Source of the DNA: an uncultured Chloroflexia bacterium
GTDB taxonomy: Bacteria > Chloroflexota > Limnocylindria > Limnocylindrales > CSP1-4
NCBI GenBank assembly: GCA_963752475.1
Contig: CAVVYR010000007.1
Span: forward strand, 96,001 to 160,000
Direction: 5' to 3'
Length of the DNA stretch: 64,000 bases
The notes beneath the pieces were generated by a model that did no database searches, was not told the DNA's origin, and saw only the letters and a program-made list of their open reading frames with translations. Each line of letters opens with the position of its first letter. The stretch's first letter is position 1. Shown in pieces: positions 32,130 to 48,544 of the stretch. Position numbers and translations under genes: made by a program.

Positions 32130-34515
32130 TTGACCGTAGAAGAGCCGAAGACCACCGATACCGAGAACGCCGCACCCGCGGAAGAGACAGCGACCGACGC
32201 CGCCGAGGCTGCAGCCACGGACGCCGCACCTGTCGAGGCCGCAGAGGAGGCCGCGTCCGAGTCTGGTGAGCCGGCCGCTGCCGTAGAGGCAGAGACCCCC
32301 GCGCCCGAGACCCCCGCCGAGCCTGAGGCTCCCGCTGAGGAGGCCGCTGCCGAGCCGGCTGCCGAAGCCACCGCTGACGCCCCCGCCGACGAGGCCGCTG
32401 CCGAAGCCACCGCCGACGCACCTGCTGAAGAGGCTGCTGCTGAGCCGGCTGCCGAAGCCACCGCTGACGCCCCCGCTGACGAGGCTGCTGCTGAGCCGGC
32501 TGCCGAAGCCACCGCTGACGCACCTGCTGACGAGGCTGCTGCCGAGCCGGCTGCCGAAGCCACCGCTGAAGCACCTGCTGAAGAGGCCCCTGCCGAAGCC
32601 ACCGCCGACGCCCCCGCTGAAGAGGCCGCTGCCGAGCCGGCTGCCGAAGCCACCGCCGAGGAGGCCCCGGCCGAGGCTGCTGCCGACGCTCCCGAGGCCC
32701 CCGCGGAGGAGCCGCCGGCGCCGCCGGTTGACCTCGGTCCCGAGCCCACGACCATGGAGGAGCTCCTCGCGGAGCAGCCCGGTGACATCCCCAGCCTCAA
32801 GCACGGCGATGTCGTCGAGGGCAAGATCGTGCGCATCGACAAGGACGAGATGCTCGTCGATGTCGGCGCCAAGTCCGAGGGTGTGGTCAGCAATCGCGAG
32901 CTCTACGGTCGCAACGCCGAGTCCCAGCCTGAGCTGAACGTCGGCGACACGATCCTCGTGTACGTGCTCCAGCCGGAGTCCACCGACGGGCACGCCGTCC
33001 TCTCCGTCCGCCGCGCCGGGCTCGAGCGCAAGTGGCGTTCGATGCAGGAGCAGTTCGACGAGGGCGTCATCATCGAGGCCCCGGTCATCGACCACAACAA
33101 GGGCGGCCTCATCGTCGACTGCGGCATCCGCGGCTTCGTGCCGATCAGCCAGATCGTCGACTTCCCGCGCCGTCCGCAGAACGACCAGCCGCGTGACGCG
33201 GCCCAGGAGATCGCCGAGAAGCTGCAGCCCTACGTTGGCCGCAAGCTGCGCCTGAAGATCCTCGAAGTCAACCGCAAGGCCAACCGCCTCATCCTTTCGG
33301 AGAAGGTGGCGCTGTACGAGGAGCGCCGCGAGAAGCGCGACGAGCTCTTCAGCAGCCTCGAGACCGGTCAGAAGGTCAAGGGCACCGTCCGTTCCATCGC
33401 CCCGTTCGGCATCTTCGTCGACCTCGGCGGCATCGACGGTCTCGTGCACAAGAGCGAGCTGTCCTGGAACAAGGTCAACAACCCCGAGGGTTCCCACGAG
33501 GTGGGCGACGAGGTCGAGGCCGAAGTCATCGACATCAACCACGAGCGTGGGCGCATCAGCCTTTCCATCCGCCGCCTGCTGCCCGATCCGTGGCAGTCGA
33601 CGGTCGCGGACCTCAAGGTCGGCGACGTGGTCGAGGGCACCGTCACCAAGATCGTCAACTTCGGCGCCTTCGTGCGGGTCAAGGACGGCCTGGAGGGCCT
33701 CATCCACATCAGTGAGCTTTCGCACCAGCGCGTGGCCCATCCGGGCGACGTCGTCCACGAGGGCCAGACGCTGAAGCTGAAGATCATCTCCCTCGACTCC
33801 GAGCGCCATCGCCTGGGCCTTTCGCTCAAGCAGGCCGAGGAGGCTCCGTCACGTCCGCCGCGCGAGCGCCGGTCCCGTGGCGATCGCGGGGGTTTCGACC
33901 GCTCGCAGGCCATCCAGGAGCCCGAGGGCGGCATCGACAACACCCTTGCCGCTGCCTTCGCCCAGGTCCGTCAGCAGATCGCCGAGCAGGATGCCGCCGA
34001 GACCGAGTCCCCGCCGGCCGACGCCACCGCCGAGGCTGAGGCACCGGCCGCCGAGGTCGAGGCTCCTGCCGATGAGGCATCGGCTGAGGCCCCTGAGGCA
34101 CCGGCCGCCGATGAGGCTCCTGCTGCCGAGGCTGAGGCCCCTGAGGCACCGGCCGAGGCTGAGGCGCCCGCAGAGACCCCTGAGGCAACGGCCGCCGAAG
34201 AGGCTCCTGCCGAGGCTGAGGCCCCTGAGGCACCGGCCGAGGCTGAGGCGCCCGCAGAGACCCCTGAGGCACCGGCCGCCGAAGAGGCTCCCGCCGAGGC
34301 CTGAGGCCCCTGAGGCACCGGCCGAGGCTGAGGCGCCCGCAGAGACCCCTGAGGCACCGGCCGCCGAAGAGGCTCCTGCTGCCGAGGCTGAGGCCCCTGA
34401 GGCACCGGCCGAGGCTGAGGCACCGGCCGAGGCTGAGGCGCCCGCTGAGGAAGCCCCCGCTGAGGAAGCCCCCGCCCCCGAAGCCGCCGAGGAGGAGCAG
34501 AAGCCAGAGGCCTAG
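32130..34515 (+). CDS. rpsA: 30S ribosomal protein S1 (4 S1 domains) with long acidic repeat tails; extra C at ~34300 gives a stop at 34304
   Basis: SD AAGGAG + TTG; four S1 repeats; the EAP repeat continues in another frame to 34515. Confidence 0.9.
32343..32700 (+). repeat. Coding tandem repeat, 51-nt unit (AAAEPAAEATADAPADE)
   Basis: Recurrent gccggctgccgaagccaccgc(t/c)ga. Confidence 0.85.
34085..34460 (+). repeat. Coding tandem repeat, ~84-87-nt unit (EAPEAPAEAEAPAETPEAPAAEEAPA)
   Basis: Recurrent gaggcccctgaggcaccggccgaggctgaggcgcccgcagagacccc. Confidence 0.85.
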
Positions 34516-34535
34516 CCCTAGCCCTGCTCACCGGG

Positions 34536-34560
34536 CCCGGGCCACGGACCGTGGCCCGGG
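34536..34560 (+). terminator. Hairpin after rpsA
   Basis: cccgggccacg-gac-cgtggcccggg. Confidence 0.6.
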
Positions 34561-34757
34561 GCATCACCGATATCGCACGAACGCCACGCGTCGCGTTGCT
34601 CCACGAGAGCTGCGGCAGCGTGGCGTCGTCATGTGTGACGACAGCGTGACGGTCCGGTTCGCCCCGGGGGGCTCCAGCGGCCGGTCACACGAGGTGCGGT
34701 GGTAGCATGACCCGACGGCCGCAAGGGGCCGCCTGTACCGGAGTCGTCGCTACCCCC

Positions 34758-37250
<2,493 letters not shown>

Positions 37251-37253
37251 GCC

Positions 37254-38693
37254 GTGGCGCGCTCCAAGGCCGCCAGCGAGTACGTCTGCCAGTCCTGTGC
37301 CGCGACCTTTCCCAAGTGGGAGGGGCAGTGCCGTTCCTGTGCCGCCTGGAACTCTCTCGTCGAGACGCTGATCAGCCCTGCCGAGCGCCGGTCGGGCGTG
37401 CGTGCGCGGGCCGCATTGCCGGCCGCTGCTGAACCGCGGCCCCTGGGCTCGCTGCGGGCCGAACGCATCGAGCGTCGACGGACCGGTATCGACGAGGTCG
37501 ATCGCCTGCTCGGTGGTGGCTTCGTGCCCGGCGCGGTCATGTTGCTCGGCGGTGAGCCGGGCATCGGCAAGTCCACACTCGTGCTCCAGCTCGCCGGTGC
37601 GCTCGCTGCCACGGCCGCCGCTGCGGACGCTGATGCCCGCGTGCTCTACGCCAGCGCCGAGGAATCCGCCACTCAGCTCCACCTGCGCGCGGAGCGTCTG
37701 GGCCTCGTGGGCGGGCCGGCGGATGGCGCCCTCAGCGTCATCGCCGGCACCGACGTCGCGGCCGTCATCAGCGCGGCCTCGGCCGAACCGCCGGCGCTGC
37801 TCGTCGTCGACTCGATCCAGACCGTGGAGGTCGACGGGCTCGACGGTCCACCCGGTTCGGTGGGCCAGGTGCGCGAGGCTGCACAGCAACTGGGTGCCTT
37901 CGCTCGCGAGGCCGGCGTATCGGTGCTGCTCGTGGGCCACGTGACCAAGGACGGTACGCTGGCCGGCCCGCGTACGCTCGAGCACCTCGTCGACGCCGTG
38001 CTCATGCTCGAGGGCGATCGCTACGGCTCGCTGCGTCTACTGCGCGCGCTCAAGAACCGCCACGGCTCGACCGAGGAGGTCGGGGTCATGGAGATGACCG
38101 CCAGCGGCCTGCGCGAGGTCCAGGACACCGCCGCGGCCTTCCTCGGCAGCGGCAGCCGGGAGGGTCCCGGCGTGGCCGTTGCCGCCATCCTCGAGGGCAG
38201 CCGCCCGCTGCTGGTGGAGGTGCAGGCGTTGGTCGCGCCCGCCGGCGGCATGGGTCCACCCCGGCGCACCGTGGCCGGGCTGGACACCAACCGCCTGGCC
38301 CTGCTCATCGCGGTGCTGGCGCGTCGAGGCGGCGTCGATGTCAGTGGCCGCGACGTCTATGCCAGCCTGGCCGGTGGCCTGACCGAGACCGAGCCGGCGC
38401 TCGACCTGCCGCTGGCGCTTGCCATCGCCTCCTCGCAACGCGACCGAGCCCTGCCCGCTGACACCCTGGTCTGTGGCGAGGTCTCGCTGCTGGGGGAGGT
38501 TCGTCCCGTGAAGGGGCTCGACCGTCGCCTGCGCGAAGCTGCTCGCCTCGGGTTCCGTCGCGCCATCGTGCCCGCCGGTCGCTCAGGCTCCTCAGGCGCA
38601 CCGCTGCCGAAGGATCTGGAGCTGCTGCGCGTGGCCACGCTCCGGGACGCGCTCGAGATGGCGATGGGTGAGCCGACTGGTACCTCTGGGTAG
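37254..38693 (+). CDS. radA: DNA repair protein RadA/Sms
   Basis: C4 zinc finger, GEPGIGKST, DSIQT, KNRHG. Confidence 0.95.
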   Translation: MARSKAASEYVCQSCAATFPKWEGQCRSCAAWNSLVETLISPAERRSGVRARAALPAAAEPRPLGSLRAERIERRRTGIDEVDRLLGGGFVPGAVMLLGGEPGIGKSTLVLQLAGALAATAAAADADARVLYASAEESATQLHLRAERLGLVGGPADGALSVIAGTDVAAVISAASAEPPALLVVDSIQTVEVDGLDGPPGSVGQVREAAQQLGAFAREAGVSVLLVGHVTKDGTLAGPRTLEHLVDAVLMLEGDRYGSLRLLRALKNRHGSTEEVGVMEMTASGLREVQDTAAAFLGSGSREGPGVAVAAILEGSRPLLVEVQALVAPAGGMGPPRRTVAGLDTNRLALLIAVLARRGGVDVSGRDVYASLAGGLTETEPALDLPLALAIASSQRDRALPADTLVCGEVSLLGEVRPVKGLDRRLREAARLGFRRAIVPAGRSGSSGAPLPKDLELLRVATLRDALEMAMGEPTGTSG

Positions 38694-38727
38694 TGGGCCA
38701 CCCTGACGCCCCTTCTGGTAGCGTTCT

Positions 38728-39804
38728 GTGGCCATGCTGAGGTTCATCCGCCTGCTCGGGGGTGCCCTGGGGGTCATCCTTGGGATCACCCTTGCCGGGT
38801 TATCCGACACGCTCTCGGATCCATCGACCGAGGGCCGTGTGCTGCTGCTTGCCTGGGCGCTCGCCTGGGGCGTCGTCGGGTTCTCGATCATGCCCTACAT
38901 CACGGTCACGCCCGCTCGCTGGCTCATGCGCGCCGTCACGGACATGTCGACCGACGAGTTCGTGGCCGCGGTGGTGGGCCTCATCCTCGGCCTGCTCATG
39001 GGCTTCCTGCTCGGTCTACCGCTCACCAGCCTCGAGATGCCCATGGGCATCCTGCTGCCGGTCGGCATCTCGATCGTGATGGCGCTGGGCATGATGGGTC
39101 TGACCGTGGCCAAGCGCCACGACCTGCTCGACGCGCTCAACGAGCTGGGCTTGCGCCGCGGCCGCGGCAGCGAGGGTGACGAGGATGCCGACGAGCACTT
39201 CGAGCAGGTCACCTACGTCGACACCAGCGCCATCATCGACGGCCGCGTGGTGGACGTGGTGGCATCCGGCTTCCTCGGTGGCCTGATGGTGGTGCCCCGC
39301 TTCGTGCTGGGTGAGCTGCAGCACATCGCTGACGACTCTCACCCCGGCCGCCGTAACCGTGGCCGCCGCGGAATGGACGTACTCTCGGTGCTGCAGAAGG
39401 ATCACCGCATCGAGGTCGAGATGAGCGCGGAGGACGACCCCGGTGCCACCACCGTCGACACCAAGCTCGTGGCCCTGGCGCAGAAGCGCAAGGCGGCCAT
39501 CCTGACGACCGACTACAACCTCAACCGCGTGGCCCAGCTGCAGGGCGTGCGTGTGATGAACCTCAACCAGCTGGCCAACGCGCTCAAGCCGGCCTTCCTG
39601 CCCGGCGAGGAGCTGCGCGTGAAGGTCATCCAGGAGGGTAAGGAGCCCGGCCAGGGCGTGGCCTTCCTGGATGACGGCACGATGGTCGTGGTCGAGGGTG
39701 GCAGCGATCACATCGAGCTCGAGCTGGACGTGACGGTCACGCGCATCCTGCAGACGGTCGCAGGCCGGATGATCTTCGCGGAGATGGCACCGACTGAGAC
39801 CTGA
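38728..39804 (+). CDS. Membrane PIN/TRAM protein (YacL-like)
   Basis: VDTSAIIDGR, TTDYNLNRVA, GKEPGQGVAFLDDGTMVVVE. Confidence 0.93.
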   Translation: MAMLRFIRLLGGALGVILGITLAGLSDTLSDPSTEGRVLLLAWALAWGVVGFSIMPYITVTPARWLMRAVTDMSTDEFVAAVVGLILGLLMGFLLGLPLTSLEMPMGILLPVGISIVMALGMMGLTVAKRHDLLDALNELGLRRGRGSEGDEDADEHFEQVTYVDTSAIIDGRVVDVVASGFLGGLMVVPRFVLGELQHIADDSHPGRRNRGRRGMDVLSVLQKDHRIEVEMSAEDDPGATTVDTKLVALAQKRKAAILTTDYNLNRVAQLQGVRVMNLNQLANALKPAFLPGEELRVKVIQEGKEPGQGVAFLDDGTMVVVEGGSDHIELELDVTVTRILQTVAGRMIFAEMAPTET

Positions 39805-39850
39805 CCGGCGCCGACTGACGAGAACGCTCCGGGCACGGCACACTACCGCG

Positions 39851-41004
39851 GTGACACGACACGATGTGGCTGACGCGGTCATCGTGGCCGCGGGCAGCAG
39901 CCGCCGCATGGGCGGCGGAGACAAGCTCGGGATGACCATCGGCGGCCGGTCCATCTTGCGCCGGACCGTGGAGGCCCTGGCGGCCGCGCCGGAGATCGAC
40001 CGTCTCATCCTGGTCACGGTCGCTGAGCGCGTCGAGGAGCTGCGTGATACGCCGTGGCTGCAGGAGCACAAGGCCACGGTGGTGCCCGGTGGGCGCCGAC
40101 GACAGGATTCGGTGGCCGAGGGCGTTCGCGCAGCCAGCGCCCCCATCGTGCTCGTACATGACGGTGCTCGGCCGCTCGTCTCGGCCGGCCTCGTCTCGCG
40201 CGTGGTGGAGGGCGTCCAGCGCCATGGGGCGGCCATCCCCGCCCTGCCGGTGGTGGACGCGCTCAAGCGTGCCGAGGGCGAGATCATCACCGCCTCGGCC
40301 GAGCGCAGCGGGCTCTATCGGGCGCAGACACCCCAGGGTGCGCGCCGGGAGTTGCTCCTGGCCGCCGCCGAGGCCCACGCCCACGCCGACGATGACATCC
40401 CCGATGAGGCCGACCTGCTGGAGCGTGCAGGGGTGCCCGTGGCCATCGTCCCGGGCGACCCCGACAACATCAAGGTGACCCTGCCCGAGGATCTGCGGCT
40501 AGCCCGCCGGCTGGCCGGCGAGGAAGCGCTCACGCGCGTGACCATGGGCACCGACAGCCACCCCTTCGGTACCGAGGACGGCCTGCGCCTCGGCGGCCTG
40601 CTGGTCGAGGGCTCGCCTCGACTGCACGGGCACAGCGACGGCGACGCCGTGCTCCACGCGCTGTGCGATGCGCTGCTTGCCGCATCCGCTGGCGGTGACC
40701 TGGGCCGGCTCTTCCCGTCAGGGGAGCGGCACACACGTGGCATCGACAGCCGCGAGCTCGTGGCCGAGGTCATGCGTCGCTTCGACGGCTCGAGTCAGCG
40801 GCTGTCTGGGGTCGACGTGACCATCCTGGGCGCACGACCACGGCTGGGCGGCGCACGCCTCGACCAGATGCGCGCGATCATCGCCGAGCTCGTGGGCCTG
40901 GACCGTGCTCGAGTGTCGGTCAAGGCCGCGACCGGTAACCTCAGTGGAGACGAGGGCGCCGGACGCGTCATCAGCGCGACCTGCCTCGTGAGTGTGGTGG
41001 CCAC

Positions 41005-41008
<4 letters not shown>
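39851..41008 (+). CDS. ispDF: Bifunctional IspD/IspF
   Basis: AAGSSRRMG, RQDSV, HDGARP, AQTPQ; DSH and HSDGD. Confidence 0.92.
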
Positions 41009-42398
<1,390 letters not shown>

Positions 42399-42402
<4 letters not shown>

Positions 42403-44027
42403 CCATGGCCGACGAGCGAGAGGAACGACCGAACGACCAACGACCCGCCGAGGACAAGCCCGATCGTGGCAAGCCCGACGGAGGAGCACCCTACGAACGC
42501 AAGCCCTACGGCGGCAAGCCCGGCGGGAGCAAGCCCCACGGGGGCCGACCCGCTGGTGGCAAGCCCTATGGCGGCAAGCCTGGCGGGACCAAGCCCTACG
42601 GTGACCGGCCGGGCGGCAAGCCCTACCGCGGTGGGCCCGGTGGCCGGCCCCCTGGCGGCCGCCCCGGTGGCAAGCCCTACGGCGGCCGACCCCCTGGCGG
42701 CAAGCCCTACGGCGACCGGCCCGATGGCGGCAAGCCCGACGGCCGCAAGCCGTACCAGGGTCGCCCCGACGGCGACAGGTCCGGCGCCCGGCCCGACGAC
42801 CGGCCGCGCGGAGACGGACCGCACCAGGGTCGTCCGCCCCAGGGTGGCCCACGACACGAACGCCGCGTCGAATACAGCCAGCGGGATCGAGGCCGAGGAC
42901 CACGCCAGCAGGGCCGTCCCTGGGACCGCGATCGCGGGCCGCGTCGTGGCGGCGGGAGCGGGTGGGATCGCCGCGATCACGCCATCCCGCCGGGTCCTCC
43001 GCGCGGCCCGGCACCGTCGGAGGTGCTCGGCGAGGAAGAGGAGATCGTGGCCGGCCGTCGGCCGGTGGAAGAGGCCTTCGCCGCTCGACGCGAGGCGGTG
43101 CGCCTGCTGGTCGTGCCCGAGCGCCGTGCCGCCCTCGATCAGTTGGTCCTGCACGCCACGACCCTGCGTATCCCCGTGGTCGAGGTGGAGGGCGGCACCA
43201 TCACCGCCGTCAGCGGCTTCGACGGCCATCAGGGTGTGGCCCTCGTGGTCGCACCGCGGCGATGGGCCACCATCGATGATGTGCTGGCGCTGGCCAAGAC
43301 ACGTGGGGAGCCGCCCTTCGTGCTGGCGCTCGACCATCTCGAGGACCCGCAGAACGTGGGCACCCTGCTGCGCTCTGCCGAGGCCTGCGGCGTGCACGGC
43401 GTGCTCTTCCCGACCAAGGGCGCCGCGCCCATCAGCCCAGCCGCGATCAAGACCTCGGCCGGTGCCGTGGAGCATCTGCTGCTGGTGCCCATCCCGGACC
43501 TCGCCTCCGGTCTCGTCGACCTGCATGCCCGTGGCCTGCGCGTGGTGGGCGCGGATGGTGACGCACGTCTGACGGTCCGTGAGGTCGATATGCGCGGACC
43601 CATCGTCATCGTCACCGGCTCCGAAGGCCGGGGCCTCAACGCTCGAGTGCGCAAGCGCGTGGACCTCATGGCGCGCATCCCCATGCGCGGCAAGGTGGCC
43701 TCGCTCAACGCCTCGGTCGCCGGCTCGGTCTTCCTGTTCGAAGCGGCCACCCAGCGCGACCTGCCCGAAGCCGAGCTGCCTGCCGAGGGGGCGGGGGAGC
43801 CAACGGCGCCCGACCTGGCCGCCGAGCCCGACGCGGCCGCCGGGCCCTCCGACACGGCACGAGCGGAGGACTCTACCGACGCCGAGTCAGCCGAGGCCGC
43901 CGAGGCGCCCGCGGCCCCGGCGGTGGCGGCCGAACCCGATCCGATCCCAGTCCCGGAGACCGAACCCGAGATCGGCGCTGACGACCTGCTGCCCGAAGCT
44001 CCACCACCACGCACGGACGGACGCTAG
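42399..44027 (+). CDS. rlmB: 23S rRNA Gm2251 methyltransferase with long low-complexity extensions
   Basis: HQGVAL, DPQNVGTLLRSA, GSEGRGL, IPMRGKVASLNASVA. Confidence 0.92.
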
Positions 44028-44202
44028 CCCCCGCGGCTCGCGTCATGGGTCGCTCACTGGCTCACCCGGCCGCTCGATGCGGCCGCATCAGGACCCACCG
44101 CGGCGGCCCTGGCCGCAGCTGCCATCGAGCCCGAAGACCTGCTACCGGAGGCTCTGCCCCTGCCTGCGGCCGTGCCCCGGCAAGAGCCCTGACGGCCCAC
44201 GC

Positions 44203-44232
44203 TTGCGAGGTTCGTGGTTCGTGCTCTATCAT
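44203..44232 (+). promoter_or_regulatory. Promoter of the tRNA-tuf cluster
   Basis: TTGCGA-18-TATCAT. Confidence 0.55.
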
Positions 44233-44243
44233 TCTGCGTCGCC

Positions 44244-44319
44244 GCCGACGTAGCTCAATTGGCAGAGCAGTGGTTTTGTAAACCACAGGTTCCGGGTTCG
44301 AGTCCCGTCGTCGGCTCCA
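44244..44319 (+). tRNA. tRNA-Thr(TGT)
   Basis: gtggt-ttTGTaa-accac; CCA end. Confidence 0.96.
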
Positions 44320-44387
44320 ATAACAGAGGACACTGTCTCCTTCTCACCACGAAGGCCTGGCCTTCCGGGAGGACGCAGGGGAACCAC

Positions 44388-44472
44388 GGGTAAGTTGAGC
44401 AGGTGGTGAGCTCCGCTGACTGTAGATCAGCCGTCTTCGACTGTGGGGGTTCGATTCCCTCCTTGCCCACCA
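44388..44472 (+). tRNA. tRNA-Tyr(GTA)
   Basis: gctga-ctGTAga-tcagc; long variable arm. Confidence 0.92.
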
Positions 44473-44509
44473 CTCCGGTCCTCTGATAGAGCCCACAAAC
44501 GCCCAGCGC

Positions 44510-44584
44510 GCCCACATAGCTCAGTGGCAGAGCACTTCCTTGGTAAGGAAGAGGTCTTGGGTTCAAATCCCAATGTGGGCTCCA
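44510..44584 (+). tRNA. tRNA-Thr(GGT)
   Basis: cttcc-ttGGTaa-ggaag. Confidence 0.96.
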
Positions 44585-44649
44585 CCTGATCACCTCCGAC
44601 CCGTCCGCCGACCCGGCGCGCGTCCTCGGGGGCCAAGCGGACGACGAGG

Positions 44650-45846
<1,197 letters not shown>

Positions 45847-45852
45847 TATCAA

Positions 45853-46017
45853 GTGGCAAAAGCCGAAAACCGGCCCGTCATCACGCTCGCATGCACCGAG
45901 TGCAAGGAGCGTACGTACACGACGGAGAAGAACAAGAAGAACGATCCCAGTCGTATCGAGCTGCGGCGGTACTGCCCTCGCTGCCGAACGCATACACTCC
46001 ATCGGGAGACGAAGTAG
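45853..46017 (+). CDS. rpmG: 50S ribosomal protein L33 (zinc-binding type)
   Basis: Manual translation: [54 protein letters not shown]. Confidence 0.96.
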   Translation: MAKAENRPVITLACTECKERTYTTEKNKKNDPSRIELRRYCPRCRTHTLHRETK

Positions 46018-46035
46018 GGATCGGCAACCCAGCGT

Positions 46036-46112
46036 AGGCGCGTAGCTCAATTTGGCAGAGCACTGGTCTCCAAAACCAGGGGTTGTGGGTTCGAGTCCCG
46101 CCGCGCCTGCCA
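46036..46112 (+). tRNA. tRNA-Trp(CCA)
   Basis: ctggt-ctCCAaa-accag; position between rpmG and secE. Confidence 0.96.
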
Positions 46113-46150
46113 CCTAACCAGCAGCCAACCAAGAGGCAACGAAGAGAGAC

Positions 46151-46342
46151 GTGATCGGTAGGATCCGCCAGTACTTCCAGGAATCCTGGTCCGAACTGAA
46201 GAAGGTGACCTGGCCCACCAGGGAGCATGTCCGCAATCTCACGGTCCTCGTGTTCGTGATCAGCGGCGTGTTCGGCGTGTACATCGGCGTCATCGATCTC
46301 ATCTGGACATCGGTGCTCCGCTTCATCACGGAAACCTTCTAG
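46151..46342 (+). CDS. secE: Preprotein translocase SecE
   Basis: ELKKVTWP plus one TM helix. Confidence 0.95.
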   Translation: MIGRIRQYFQESWSELKKVTWPTREHVRNLTVLVFVISGVFGVYIGVIDLIWTSVLRFITETF

Positions 46343-46923
46343 TGACCAGCTTCCTCGACCACCTCACGGAGGCCGCGCAGCCCGAGAAGCGCTGGTACGT
46401 GATCCACACCTACTCGGGCTACGAGAAGAAGGTCAAGACCAACCTCGAGCACCGCATCGAGACGATGGGCATGGAAGAGAAGATCTACCAGGTCCTGGTG
46501 CCAGAGGAGGATGAGATCGAGATCCGCGGCGGCCAGCGCGTCACCGTGCAGAAGAAGGTCTTCCCCGGCTACGTGCTGGTGGAGATGATCCTCGATCCCG
46601 AGTCCTGGTTCGTCGTGCGCAACACGCCTGGCGTGACCAGCTTCGTGGGTGGTGGCAACATCCCCGGCTCGCGCAACGAGCCGGTGCCCCTCGAGGAGCA
46701 CGAGGTCAAGCAGATCCTGCGGCAGATGGGTGTGGAGACGCCCAAGTACCGCGTGGCCTTCACCAAGGGTCAGTCGGTGCGCGTCACCGACGGTCCCTTC
46801 GCCGAGTTCATCGGCACGGTGGACGAGGTCAACCCCGAGCGCAACAAGCTCAAGGTCCTGGTCAGCATCTTCGGGCGCGAGACGCCCGTCGAGCTGGACT
46901 TCCTGCAGGTCGAGAAGCTTTAG
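46342..46923 (+). CDS. nusG: Transcription factor NusG
   Basis: [21 protein letters not shown] motif. Confidence 0.98.
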   Translation: MTSFLDHLTEAAQPEKRWYVIHTYSGYEKKVKTNLEHRIETMGMEEKIYQVLVPEEDEIEIRGGQRVTVQKKVFPGYVLVEMILDPESWFVVRNTPGVTSFVGGGNIPGSRNEPVPLEEHEVKQILRQMGVETPKYRVAFTKGQSVRVTDGPFAEFIGTVDEVNPERNKLKVLVSIFGRETPVELDFLQVEKL

Positions 46924-46968
46924 CTCCGACCAGCACCGAACTTCAACGAGGTAGAACGAGACGCACAG

Positions 46969-47397
46969 ATGGCCAAGAAGATCCGCACCGTCCTGACCCT
47001 GCAGTTGCCCGCTGGCAAGGCCACCCCGGCCCCGCCCGTGGGTACCGCGCTTGGTCCGCACGGCATCAACATCGTCGAGTTCACCAAGTCCTACAACGAG
47101 AAGACCGCGGCCCAGAGCGGGCAGATCATCCCCGCCAAGATCACCATCTTCGAGGATCGCAGCTTCACCTTCATCCTCAAGACCCCGCCCGCAGCGGACC
47201 TGCTGCGCAAGGCCGCGGGCATCGAGAAGGGCTCCGGCGCGGTCGGCCGCGAAGAGCCCGTCGGTTCGGTGACCAAGGCGCAGCTGCTTGAGATCGCCGA
47301 GATCAAGAAGTCTGACCTCAACGCGGATGACCCCGAGATGGCCGCCCGCATCATCGGCGGCACGGCCCAGTCCATGGGCATCGAGGTCGTCGACTAG
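46969..47397 (+). CDS. rplK: 50S ribosomal protein L11
   Basis: [15 protein letters not shown]. Confidence 0.98.
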   Translation: MAKKIRTVLTLQLPAGKATPAPPVGTALGPHGINIVEFTKSYNEKTAAQSGQIIPAKITIFEDRSFTFILKTPPAADLLRKAAGIEKGSGAVGREEPVGSVTKAQLLEIAEIKKSDLNADDPEMAARIIGGTAQSMGIEVVD

Positions 47398-47514
47398 ATA
47401 GCACCCGCCCGCCGGCCGGAGCGGAACGGCAGCACCGCGGCGACGCCGCGCCGGCACGTCCACCCCGCGTACCAGGGGGAGGCCCACCCGGGCCGCAGCG
47501 AAAGGAACGACCAC

Positions 47515-48219
47515 ATGGGTAAGCACGGAAAGCGATACCAGGACGCAGCCAAGCTCGTCGAGGCAGGCAATGCCTACGAGCCTGAGCCGGCCATGGAGCT
47601 GCTGAAGCAGACCGCCACCACCAAGTTCGACGGCTCGGTCGAGGCGCACATCCGCCTCGGTGTCGACCCCCGTCACGCCGACCAGATGGTGCGCGGCACC
47701 GTCTCCCTGCCACACGGCAGCGGCAAGGTCGTGCGCGTGGCCGTCTTCGCCCAGGGTGACAAGGCCGCCGAGGCCAACGCCGCTGGTGCCGACTTCGTCG
47801 GGGCCGACGACCTGGCCGAGAAGATCGAGGGCGGCTGGACCGAGTTCGACGTGGCCGTGGCCACGCCCGACATGATGGGTCGCGTGGGCAAGCTCGGCCG
47901 CATCCTCGGCCGCAAGGGCCTGATGCCCAACCCCAAGGCGGGCACCGTCACCTTCGACCTCGAGCGCGTCATCGGCGAGCTCAAGGGTGGCCGCATCGAG
48001 TTCAAGGTCGACAAGGGCGGCATCATCCACGTGCCCTTCGGCCGCTCCAGCTTCGAGCCGGCCCAGTTGGCCGACAACCTTGCGGCCCTCACTGACGCGA
48101 TCAACCGCGCCCGGCCAAAGGAGATCAAGGGCCAGTACTTCAAGAGCCTCACCGTCGCGTCCACGATGGGCCCCGGCATCCGCGTCGATGTCCCGGGACT
48201 CCTCGCCCGCGCGGCCTAG
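47515..48219 (+). CDS. rplA: 50S ribosomal protein L1
   Basis: [22 protein letters not shown]. Confidence 0.98.
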   Translation: MGKHGKRYQDAAKLVEAGNAYEPEPAMELLKQTATTKFDGSVEAHIRLGVDPRHADQMVRGTVSLPHGSGKVVRVAVFAQGDKAAEANAAGADFVGADDLAEKIEGGWTEFDVAVATPDMMGRVGKLGRILGRKGLMPNPKAGTVTFDLERVIGELKGGRIEFKVDKGGIIHVPFGRSSFEPAQLADNLAALTDAINRARPKEIKGQYFKSLTVASTMGPGIRVDVPGLLARAA

Positions 48220-48294
48220 GCGAGCTAGCGGCAGGCTGCGGCCTGCCTCACCAAAGCGTTGACGGGGCGCTTCCCGTCGAAACGAAGACCGTTC

Positions 48295-48510
48295 CGCCAG
48301 AGACAGCGATGCGTCCGAGGCCACCTCGAGTGGCCGCGCCGCGAGCCCCGACGGGTTCGACGGACCGGGCCGAAATCGTCGACCGGACCACCCGCCAGGG
48401 TGGGTACGCCGACGGGCACGCCAAGGCAGGTGTCGAGACCGGACCACTGCGGTCCGGGTGCTGCATGTCGCAGCGACCGAAGCTCCTGTGCGGGACTCAC
48501 AGGGGCGGTC
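48295..48510 (+). promoter_or_regulatory. Probable L10 autoregulatory leader
   Basis: Upstream of rplJ; agacagcgatgc..gcatgtcgc closing stem with several internal hairpins. Confidence 0.5.
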
Positions 48511-48544
48511 GCGCCAGCGGCCCCCAGGACCGAAAGGAGGTCAC

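Noticed and set aside
34302-34304. Selenocysteine or readthrough at the rpsA TGA
   Set aside because: The repeat continues in a different frame, so an indel explains it
32343-34460. Repeats in rpsA as a CRISPR array
   Set aside because: In-frame coding tandem repeats without unique spacers; no cas genes
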